Below are positions 1 to 7,790 of a stretch of DNA of 11,815 nt, in pieces (within the stretch, counting starts at the first letter, position 1; each line of letters begins with the position of its first letter). The notes below the pieces were generated by a model. The model was not told the DNA's origin. It saw only the letters and a program-made list of their open reading frames with translations, and ran no database searches. Both the position numbers and the translations under genes were made by a program. The stretch spans positions 1 to 11,815 of the forward strand of contig NW_021827442.1 in assembly GCF_006345805.1 (NCBI RefSeq). Direction: 5' to 3'. The stretch is from Octopus sinensis (taxonomy: Eukaryota).

Positions 1-166
1 TCATTTAACGTCCATCTTCAATGCAGTCTTTGGTTGGACAGTTCGAGAGGAGGTGGTCACCCAAAGAGCTGCCATCTATCTTGGCCAGGTTTTTACAGCT
101 GGACGCCCTTCCAAATGCCAACCCCTTCACAACAGTGTACTGGGTGCTTTTTACATGGCACCAGCA
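1..166 (-). mobile_element. SINE-like repeat, 3' portion (same family as 5533-5990)
   Basis: Aligns by eye to 5553-5720 (tttaacgtcc...tacagctggaYgcccttccWaaYgccaacc...gtgtaStgggtg). Confidence 0.8.
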
Positions 167-198
167 CCGATGGGGTCCCCCAGGTATCTTGCAACACA

Positions 199-293
199 AG
201 AAGACACTTGCCCAAGGTGCCAAGCAATGGGACTGAACCCAGAACCGTATGGTTGGTAAGCAAGCTACTTACCACACAGCCACTCCTGCACCT
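199..293 (-). mobile_element. tRNA-derived SINE, 5' head
   Basis: Reverse complement starts ggtgcaggagtggctgtgtggtaag (A-box-like), then gggttcagtccc (B-box-like) and ccttgggcaagtgtctt. Same family at 1427, 2870, 4303, 6062 and 10751. Confidence 0.9.
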
Positions 294-296
294 ATT

Positions 297-318
297 CATA
301 TATATATATATATATATA
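297..318. repeat. (TA)n microsatellite
   Basis: Direct reading. Confidence 0.95.
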
Positions 319-350
319 TTTTCTTCTTTTCTGTAATATCATTTTGCCAG

Positions 351-447
351 ACATAATCACTCCATCATTGAAGATCTCCAACAAACTATCAACTTGCTGC
401 AGCAACAAATCGCAGACCCTATCAACCCCTCTCTACTTCGCAAGGAG
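351..447 (+). CDS. Coding exon 1 (within window) of an unidentified, probably coiled-coil-containing protein; HNHSIIEDLQQTINLLQQQIADPINPSLLRKE
   Basis: Acceptor ttttgccag (AG 349-350), donor gag/gtaggt (448). 97 nt, phase 2 to 0, no stop, and in phase with 777-887. Confidence 0.8.
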
Positions 448-476
448 GTAGGTTCATATTCATATGTATCTCCTTG

Positions 477-630
477 TCTCTCTCCTTGTTTTTTCTGTGT
501 CCCTTTCTGTAGAAGAGCGTAGGCCTGAAACGTAAAAGACTTTTCCTATTCCTGAGCGTTATACTAATACATCTGTTTGTTTTGACACCACCTGTCTTCG
601 TCTTTTGTTTTTTTCGTAAACTCTCCCTAT
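477..630 (+). mobile_element. 3' terminus of a Penelope-like repeat, copy 1 (5'-truncated)
   Basis: Closely similar to 4937-5085. Carries a minimal hammerhead-like motif with a palindromic stem III, as described for PLE termini. The PLE assignment is inference. Confidence 0.6.
503..538 (+). ncRNA. Variant minimal type I hammerhead-like motif (CUGUAGAA core), stem II damaged
   Basis: CUUU(503-506)/CUGUAGAA/GAGC-GUAG-GCCU/GAAA/CG/UA/AAAG(535-538). Confidence 0.5.
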
Positions 631-776
631 ATGCATGTATGTCTCTCCTATACAATGTCTCCCTCTCTCCTAATACATTGTCTCTTGTCTAACATCTCTT
701 TTGCTTTGTCCCCTATCCTCTGGCCCCTTTATCTAAAGTAACCCTTTATTCAAACGTATCTGTCTTTTGTCCCCAG

Positions 777-887
777 AACACACTGTCCAGCCCATCGGTC
801 ATGTTCACTCGCTTCGACATGGAACGTAACAGGAAGGCCATGAGGAAAGGACTTGCTACTCACACCGTTGACATTCAGAAATACCAG
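777..887 (+). CDS. Coding exon 2; NTLSSPSVMFTRFDMERNRKAMRKGLATHTVDIQKYQ
   Basis: Acceptor tcttttgtccccag (AG 775-776), donor cag/gtcaga (888). 111 nt, phase 0 to 0. Confidence 0.8.
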
Positions 888-1089
888 GTCAGAGTCACAC
901 CACCTCGTTTCTTACACACATACTTTAGCTTTGTACCTTTAGGTCCTCCTACACAGCTCAGCCCAGGGATGGGGGGGGGGCAGGCCTTCTGTCAGTTGCT
1001 TCTCTTCTATGGCCATTGCAACCTTCACTGACTCCGGTTCCCTTGGCCCATCCTTTTCACATCTGCTCTTACAAGGTACCCAAGCCATG

Positions 1090-1260
1090 GAGAAAAGTGT
1101 GGCTCAATGGTTAAGGTGTCGGATTCATGATTGTAAGATTGTGGTTTCAATTCCTGGACTGGGCAAAGTGTTCTTGAGCAAAACACTTCAATTCACATTT
1201 GGCGAAAATGAGTTAACCCTGTGAGGGACTAGTATCCCCTCCAGGTGGGGAATATATCCC
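1090..1260 (+). mobile_element. Degraded tRNA-derived SINE (related to 6634-6938)
   Basis: A-box-like gtggctcaatggttaagg, B-box-like ggtttcaattcc, then gtgttcttgagcaaaacactt and atcccctccaggtggggaa (cf. atcccatccaggtggggaa in the reverse complement of 6634-6938). Confidence 0.7.
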
Positions 1261-1426
1261 CATCAGGCATTTGCCATATTCTGAACGCCTTACTTCCCTG
1301 GGCATGGACACATTGAAACTCCGACGTCTGGCAGCTGACTTGGCAGACACCCATAAAATTTATTAATCATCTTACTAACAATAACTCTGAGCACCTTTTC
1401 AAACTCCACTTATCTAACACCTGTGG

Positions 1427-1549
1427 CTCACAAGGCTTTGGTCGGCCCGAGGCTATAGTAGAAGACACTTGCCCAAGGTGCCACGCAGTGGGACTGAACC
1501 CGGAACCATGTGGTTGGTAAACAAGCTACTTACCACACAGCCACTCCTG
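1427..1549 (-). mobile_element. tRNA-derived SINE head
   Basis: Same family as 199-293 and 6062-6359. Confidence 0.9.
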
Positions 1550-1627
1550 TATGTATCTATCTATATATATATATATATGTACACACACACACAGTATATG
1601 CTCTCAAACTCTCATGTATGTCTGCAG

Positions 1628-1730
1628 AACATTGTGAAACAGATGACAGAATATGTCTCCCTACCAGAGCGATATTTCCGCCAGATCGTTTACACTTACT
1701 TGTGGCACTGTAACCTAAAGACAGTCTATG
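1628..1730 (+). CDS. Coding exon 3a; NIVKQMTEYVSLPERYFRQIVYTYLWHCNLKTVY
   Basis: Acceptor gtctgcag (AG 1626-1627), donor atg/gtaagt (1731). 103 nt, phase 0 to 1, matching exon 2 upstream and 5141 downstream. Confidence 0.85.
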
Positions 1731-1842
1731 GTAAGTGTCGGTTATGCTTTTTCCTTTGTTTTACATCTATCTTTCACTGCTTGTATGAGTTAGAGGAATA
1801 CATATTGTCTTATGCCTTCCTGTTACACACAGAGGCACTTGC

Positions 1843-2270
1843 ATACACACATCACATACACACACATACGTTTGCACACACACACAGACATACACATACA
1901 CATAGATGCGTACGCACACACATACACACACTCACATACTTCCACTCACAAACACACACGTGCATGCGCACACACACGCACACACACACAGGTGAACACA
2001 TGGCCACTTGCACTCACACACACACATGCACGCATGCACACACACACACTTGTACTCACACCACACACCACAGTGACACACGCACGCACACATGCACTTT
2101 TAATCACACACACACATGCACATATACGCATACATACGCATACCACGCACACACACAGTGAACACATGGCCACTTGCACTCCCAACACACATCACACACT
2201 ACCACTTGTACTCACACACACACACTGTGACACACACACGGTGACACACACCCAACGCACACCACGCATG
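1843..2270. repeat. Complex (CA)n-rich satellite with internal repeated motif gtgaacacatggccacttgcactc (second copy about 3300-3722)
   Basis: Direct reading; the motif occurs at about 1992 and 2158. Confidence 0.9.
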
Positions 2271-2451
2271 TATACAGCCCTACAACTGCTTAATTTTATT
2301 GTCCCTTAATTTCTAGCTTACCTGCTGCATCTGACCCCTAAACCAACAGACCAAACAGGATCGCTGAATGAAAGCCACTACGCAGCATTTTTGGCCAAGC
2401 TGGCAGCTTTACACAGAAACGTAAGAAGCAACAAAATCTCATTCTCTCTCA

Positions 2452-2795
2452 ATCCCCTGTCTTTCCTGACCCCTTTCTCTCCCCTCTTTCTCTCTCTCTC
2501 TCTCCTCTTTCTCTCTCTCTCCCCTCTTTCTCTCTCTCTCTACCCTCTTTCTCTCTCTCCCCTCTTTCTCTCTCTCTCCCATCTTTCTCTCTCTCTCCCA
2601 TCTTTCTCTCTCTCTACCCTCTTTCTCTCTCTCTCTCTCCGTTCTTTCTCCCCCTCTCTCTCTCACCTTTCTCTCTCTCTACCCTCTTTCTCTCTCTCTC
2701 TCTCTACCCTCTTTCTCTCTCTCTCTCTACCCTCTTTCTCTCTCTCTCTCTACCCACTTTCTCTCTCTCTCTCTCCTCTTTCTCTCTCTCTCCAC
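2452..2795. repeat. (CT)n-rich polypyrimidine tract (second copy about 3897-4225)
   Basis: About 340 nt that are almost entirely C/T, with recurring ctctaccctcttt units. Confidence 0.95.
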
Positions 2796-2869
2796 TTCTG
2801 TCAGTATCAATCGATACCTTTTTCTATGTTTCTCCCTCTCCCTCTACATATATGTGTGTGTGTGTGTGT

Positions 2870-3020
2870 GTGGCTGTGTGGTAAGAAGCTTGCTTACCAA
2901 CCACATGGTTCCAAGTTCACTCCCACTGTGTGGCACCTTGGCCAAGTGTCTTTTACTACGGCTTTAGGCTGACCAAAGCCATATGTCTGGATTTGGTAGG
3001 AAACTGAAAGAAGCCCATTG
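2870..3020 (+). mobile_element. tRNA-derived SINE head, truncated at the duplication junction
   Basis: Identical by eye to 4303-4453, but lacks the 3' half seen at 4490-4680. Confidence 0.9.
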
Positions 3021-3081
3021 TATATATATATATGTACACACACACACAGTATATGCTCTCAACTCTCATGTATGTCTGCAG

Positions 3082-3183
3082 AACATGTGAAACAGATGAC
3101 AGAATATGTCTCCCTCCCTGAGCGATATTTCCGCCAGATCGTTTACACTTACCTGTGGCACTGTAACCTAAAGACAGTCTATG
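3082..3183 (+). CDS. Duplicated exon 3b; 102 nt, phase 1 to 1; (E)HVKQMTEYVSLPERYFRQIVYTYLWHCNLKTVY if spliced after 3a
   Basis: Splice sites intact (AG 3080-3081, GT 3184). Differs from 3a by a 1-nt deletion and three synonymous changes. May be a pseudo-exon or an assembly artefact. Confidence 0.45.
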
Positions 3184-4302
3184 GTAAGTATCGGTTATGC
3201 TTTTTCCTTTTTTCCTTTGTTTTAACATCTATCTTTCACTGCTTGTATGAGTTAGAGGAAACATATTGTCTTATGCTTCCTGTTACACACAGGCACTTGC
3301 ATACACACATCACATACACACACATACGTTTGCAACACCACACAGACATACACATAACATAGATGCGTACGCACACACATACACACCTCACATACTTCCA
3401 CTCACAAACACACACGTGCATGCGCACACACACGCACACACACACAGGTGAACACATGGCCACTTGCACTCACACACACACATGCACGCATGCACACACA
3501 CACACTTGTACTCACACACACACACACAGTGACACACGCACGCACACATGCACTTTTACTCACACACACACACATGCACATATACGCATACATACGCATA
3601 CACACGCACACACACAGGTGAACACATGGCCACTTGCACTCACACACACTCACACACATACACTTGTACTCACACACACACACGGTGACACACACACGGT
3701 GACACACACACGCACACACGCATGTATACAGCCCTACAACTGCTTAATTTGATTGTCCCTTAATTTCTAGCTTACCTGCTGCAATCTCTGACCCCTAAAC
3801 CAACAGACCAAACAGGATCGCTGAATGAAAGCCACTACGCAGCATTTTTGGCCAGCTGGCAGCTTTACACAGAAACGTAAGAAGCAACAAAATCTCATCT
3901 CTCTCTCAATCCCCTGTCTTTCCTGACCCCTTTCTCTCCCCTCTTTCTCTCTCTCTCTCTCCTCCTCTTCTCTCTCTCTCCCCTCTTTCTCTCTCTCTCT
4001 ACCCTCTTCTCTCTCTTCTCTCTCTCTCTACCCTCTTTCTATTTCTTCTCTTCTCTCTCCCATCTTTCTCTCTCTCTCTCTCTCTTTCTCCCCCTCTACC
4101 CCCTTTCTCTCTCTTCTCCTCGCTCCTCTCTCTCTCTTTCTCTCTCTCTCTCTACCCTCTTTCTCTCTCTCTCTCTACCCCCCACTTTCTCTCTCTCTTC
4201 CTCCTCCTCTTTCTCTCTCTCTCCACTTCTGTCAGTATCAATCGATACCTTTTTCTATGTTTCTCTCCCTCTCCCTCTACATATATGTGTGTGTGTGTGT
4301 GT

Positions 4303-4680
4303 GTGGCTGTGTGGTAAGAAGCTTGCTTACCAACCACATGGTTCCAAGTTCACTCCCACTGTGTGGCACCTTGGCCAAGTGTCTTTTACTACGGCTTTAG
4401 GCTGACCAAAGCCATATGTCTGGATTTGGTAGGAAACTGAAAGAAGCCCATTGTATATATATATATGTGTGTGATTGTGTGCGTGTGTGTGTGACTCACT
4501 ATCCCTTGACAACTGGTGCTGGTGTGTTTATGTCCCCGTAACTTAGTGGTTCAGCAAAAGGGATCGATAGAATAAATACCAAGCTTAACAAATACGAACT
4601 GGGGTTGATTCTTTCAACTAAGATTTGAAGGTAGTGCTCCAGCATGGCTGCAGTCTAGTGACTGGAATAAAAGAAGAAAA
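4303..4680 (+). mobile_element. Near full-length tRNA-derived SINE with internal (TA)/(TG) microsatellite
   Basis: Head gtggctgtgtggtaag, internal microsatellite 4454-4490, and 3' half (cttgacaac...gtccccgtaacttag...gtgctccagcatggc) that matches the reverse complement of 11195-11395. Confidence 0.9.
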
Positions 4681-4819
4681 GAATAAAAGAATATATATAT
4701 ACATATATACACCTTTCTCTCTCTTTCTCCTCTCCTCCCTCTCTCTCTATACATATGTGTGTGTATATATCTATCACCAGCCCTCTTTCACACGCACATA
4801 CATACTCTCTTATACACAC

Positions 4820-5083
4820 ATGCACCTTTGTGTTGGGGGTCAACTTTACCTTGTTATCTCCCCTACTTCTCCTGTCTGACCATTCTGTCCGAGTTAGACA
4901 TTATGATAGATTGTTAGCCACTACACGCATTTTTTTCTCTCCTCATTTTTCTGTGTCCCTTTCTGTAGAAGAGCGTAGGCTCGAAATGTAAAAGACTTCT
5001 TCTATTCCTGAGCATTATACTAATACATCTGTTTGTTTTCTACACCAAGTGTCTTCGTCTTTTGTTTATTTTCGTAAACTTTC

Positions 5084-5085
<2 letters not shown>
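4820..5085 (+). mobile_element. 3' terminus of a Penelope-like repeat, copy 2, ending in (TA)n
   Basis: 4937-5085 matches 477-630 and runs directly into (TA)n at 5085-5112. The 5' boundary is approximate. Confidence 0.6.
4959..4994 (+). ncRNA. Variant minimal type I hammerhead-like motif (CUGUAGAA core), stem II intact
   Basis: CUUU/CUGUAGAA/GAGC-GUAG-GCUC/GAAA/UG/UA/AAAG. Confidence 0.55.
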
Positions 5086-5115
<30 letters not shown>

Positions 5116-5140
5116 CTTTCTCTTGCTCTCTCCATAACAG

Positions 5141-5289
5141 AAGCTGTCCCAATGGTCCACACACACAAGGCATCGCTCAGTAAATATCGACGAAACATTG
5201 CCATGACCCTCACTTCGAATCTTGAGAGTCTGGAAACAGATACAGGATTCTTACTCATCAAACCCGTTTATTGGCACAACAACAAGTAG
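5141..5289 (+). CDS. Coding exon 4; (E)AVPMVHTHKASLSKYRRNIAMTLTSNLESLETDTGFLLIKPVYWHNNK, ending at donor 5286 or at stop 5287-5289
   Basis: Acceptor ctttctcttgctctctccataacag (AG 5139-5140). The only frame open through the whole exon is phase 1, as exon 3 requires. Confidence 0.75.
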
Positions 5290-5324
5290 GTACCACTATA
5301 TTGTCTGTCTGTTCATGCAAGACA

Positions 5325-5445
5325 CATTAGATAATGTAGTCCTAGATACACTATGCCTGAATAAAAGACAGGATGGTCACAGATGGAACAGCTTTGATCA
5401 TAGGTCTGCTCGATCAGGACTGATTTGAAGTTAGACAACAAAAAC
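5325..5445 (+). repeat. Interspersed repeat fragment related to about 7140-7275
   Basis: Both segments share aaagacaggatggtca and aatgtagt. Confidence 0.45.
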
Positions 5446-5532
5446 AGCTGTGATTTATTGTTATTTAACACCGGCCAGGACTAATCGAGCATACCTTTTA
5501 ATCAAAACGCAAGCCACCCATGGCCACCTGTA

Positions 5533-5990
5533 TCATCATCATCATCATCATCATCGTTTAACGTCCGCTTTCCATGCTAGCATGGGTTGGACGGTTCAAC
5601 TGGGGTCTGGCAAGCCCGAAGGCTGCACCAGGCCAGTCAGATCTGGCAGTGTTTCTACAGCTGGATGCCCTTCCTAACGCCAACCACTCCGAGAGTGTAG
5701 TGGGTGATTTTATGTGCCACCGACACAGGTGCCAGACGAGGCTGGCAGACGGCCACGCTCGGATGGTGTTTTTTATGTGCCACCGACACAGGTGCCAGAC
5801 GAGGATGGCTGAGGCCACGCTCGGATGTTGTTCTTATGTGTCACCGACACAGGTGCCAGACGGGGCTGGCGGACGGCCACGCTCGGATGGTGTTTGTTAT
5901 GTGCCCTCAGCATGGAGGCCAGTTGTTGCGGTACTGGCTACGATCACGTTCGGATGTTTTCTTATGTGCCACCGGCACTGGTACCACAAG
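5533..5990 (-). mobile_element. SINE-like element with (ATG)n tail and internal 61-65 bp tandem units
   Basis: (cat)n at 5533-5555, conserved ggatgcccttcctaacgccaac block, and units starting at 5711, 5774, 5835, 5898 and 5963. Confidence 0.85.
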
Positions 5991-6061
5991 GATACAAATT
6001 CCATTGATGTTCATCTATTTTGATTTATATATATATATATAAATGCATATGCATGTTTTTG

Positions 6062-6359
6062 TTTTTTGCCGAACCGCTAAGTTATGGCGATGTAAACACA
6101 CCAGCATCGATTGTCGAGCAATGTTGGGGGGACAAACACAGACACACAAACATGCACATACATATATGTATATATATATATACATATACATATATACGAC
6201 GGGCTTCTTTCAGTTTCCGTCTACCAAATCCGCTCACAAGGCTTTCGTTGGCCCGAGGCTATAGCAGAAGACACTTGCCCAAGGTGCCACGGGGTGGGAC
6301 TGAACCCGGAACCATGTGGTTCGTAAGCAAGCTACTTACCACACAGCCACTCCTACGCC
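6062..6359 (-). mobile_element. tRNA-derived SINE (head, microsatellite and part of the 3' half)
   Basis: Same family as 4303-4680. Confidence 0.9.
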
Positions 6360-6381
6360 CTTGTCGTAAAATTTAAAACGA

Positions 6382-6432
6382 CTATTATTATTATTATTAT
6401 TATTATTATAATTACTATTATTGTTGTTGTTG
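6382..6432. repeat. (ATT)n/(GTT)n microsatellite
   Basis: Direct reading. Confidence 0.9.
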
Positions 6433-6633
6433 TATTGTTATTTCTTGCCTACCAACTGCCATTGACCAAAGAGCAAACTGCAAACCAAAAGAAGGGGTCC
6501 CAAACAGAACTGCAGAGGATAGGGGACAGCATCCAATGAATGAGGCCAGGGAAGAGAGTGGCTTTAATGAAGATTCAATGCATAAGTTAACGAGGAACTC
6601 ATCTTTGGTAATTATTACTAATACCTCTCTAAC

Positions 6634-6938
6634 TGTTGTTGTTGTTGTTTGTTCCTTCTCGAGCCTAGCCTGGCTCATAAGGGCCAGTTTCCCGGTTTCC
6701 TTGGCGTATAGGTTCCCCACCTGGATGGGATGCTGGTCCGTCGCAGCTGAGCTGCAAGATGCAGGAGGAAACTGTAAGAGAAAGTTGTGGCGAAAAAGTC
6801 AACAGAAGTTTCGCCATTACCTTCTGCCGGAACTGTGTGGACCTTAGGTGTTTCGCTCATAAACACACACACTGCCCGGTCTGAGATTCGAACCCGCGAT
6901 CCCTCGACCGCGAGTCCACTGCTCTAACCACTAGGCCA
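6634..6938 (-). mobile_element. Full-length tRNA-derived SINE with (AAC)n tail
   Basis: Reverse complement has the A box tggcctagtgg and B box ggttcgaatct, a central atgagcgaaacacc / atcccatccagg block, and an (aac)n tail. Confidence 0.9.
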
Positions 6939-6940
6939 TA

Positions 6941-7088
6941 GCAGAAGTTCAACATTACCTTCTGCCGGAGCTGCGTGGAGCTCAGGTGTTTTCGCTCATA
7001 AACACACAAATCGCCCGGTCTGAGATTCGAACCCGCGATCCCTCGACCACAAGTCCACTGCTCTAACCACTAGGCCATGTATCTCCAC
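6941..7088 (-). mobile_element. Second, 3'-truncated head of the same SINE, in tandem
   Basis: 6941-7077 repeats about 6802-6938 with several differences. Confidence 0.85.
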
Positions 7089-7275
7089 CTCTCTATCTGG
7101 TCATGTGATTGCTGGAAATAGCAGCAACATCTGTCTCGTACTGCACCCTATAGACTTAGCAATGTAGTGTTAAAGTACACTAGTACAAAGACAGGATGGT
7201 CATGGATGGGTTGCTCCATGGTCAAAAGACCTTCTCACTTAGCTCTGACCTTAGCTCAGGCATTGGAATAAACAA

Positions 7276-7790
7276 AAAACTACCGAGTTATCCAGTTATA
7301 TATGGCCATCAAAAGAACAAGGGGTCAGTAATAAGATTTACTGGAAGACCTTAGCCAAGTGTAAACCCTATACCAACGGTAGTGGTAAATGTGGTCTTTG
7401 TAATATGGAATGATGGCTCATCTGGAAAAGTTCCTTGGACCCCACTATATGTCTAAATTCAAGAACTGAAGTTTTCGGATCATGTCCAAATATGACAAAA
7501 TACCTATTTCTTTACTACCCACAAGGGGCTAAACACAGAGAGGACAAACAAGGACAGACAAACGGATTAAGTCGATTATATCGACCCCCAGTGCGTAACT
7601 GGTACTTAATTTTTATCGACCCCGAAAGGATGAAAGGCAAAGTCGACCTCGGCAGAATTTGAACTCACAACCTTAACGGCAGACGAAATACGGCTACGCA
7701 TTTCGCCCGGCGTGCTAACGATTCTGCCAGCTCGCCGCCTTTTAAAATATGACAAAATACCTCTTATGGTTTGGGCCCAACAAATCATGG
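7276..7790 (+). pseudogene. Penelope-like element ORF C-terminus (GIY-YIG endonuclease region), decayed and interrupted by a SINE
   Basis: Frame from 7276 reads KTTELSSYIWPSKEQGVSNKIYWKTLAKCKPYTNGSGKCGLCNME*WLIWKSSLDPTICLNSRTEVFGSCPNMTKY and resumes LLWFG after the SINE. It resembles the TELSxYIW...W..L...PY....CxLC..E...LNxRxE...C tail I recall for PLE ORFs. In-frame TGA at 7411. Confidence 0.75.
7506..7744 (-). mobile_element. tRNA-derived SINE with 18-bp target-site duplication
   Basis: Reverse complement starts ggcggcgagctggcagaatcg, has B-box-like gagttcaaattc and a gcctttcatcctttcggggtcgata domain (Deu/Nin-like by recall). TSD aaatatgacaaaatacct at 7488-7505 and 7745-7762. Confidence 0.92.

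Larger units (their letters stand above)
1581..4468 (+). repeat. Head-to-tail tandem duplication, units 1581-3035 and 3036-4468
   Basis: Both units carry the same exon, CA-rich tract, unique spacer, CT tract and SINE head in the same order. tatatatatatatgt is present at all three junctions. Confidence 0.95.

Noticed and set aside
965-985. G10 run, possible G-quadruplex
   Set aside because: A single homopolymer with short flanking G tracts, whose length is unreliable in assemblies; nothing else supports it.
996-1075. AG...GT-bounded segment in intron 2
   Set aside because: It has a stop in the required phase-0 frame, and 80 nt would break the phase match between exons 2 and 3.
1469-4337. Long ORFs rich in HT, LS, CV or ER (e.g. 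1469-2161, 1812-2309, 2391-2972, 3363-3752)
   Set aside because: They are translations of CA and CT microsatellites and SINEs. Only the spliced exon segments within them are supported.
5360-5365. AATAAA 70 nt after the exon 4 stop
   Set aside because: It lies inside an interspersed repeat fragment in AT-rich DNA, so it is not evidence of a poly(A) site on its own.
5711-5985. CRISPR-like appearance of regularly spaced repeats
   Set aside because: Whole units are repeated with no unique spacers, the context is eukaryotic, and no cas genes are present.
5574-6042. 149-aa and 112-aa ORFs with repeated MCHRHRCQT / CATDTGARRG motifs
   Set aside because: They arise from the roughly 63-bp tandem unit inside a SINE; there is no coding evidence.
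6472-6607. Possible phase 2-0 exon that would link 5285 to 10506 (donor ttg/gtaatt at 6608)
   Set aside because: The phases fit, but the candidate acceptors (6470-6471, 6506-6507) have poor pyrimidine tracts. The segment may instead be a decayed retroposon end with an (AAC)n/(AAT)n tail on the minus strand. RNA-seq would decide.
6860-7088. Possible tRNA genes on the minus strand
   Set aside because: The A and B boxes continue into SINE body sequence and I could not complete a cloverleaf acceptor stem, so these are SINE heads.
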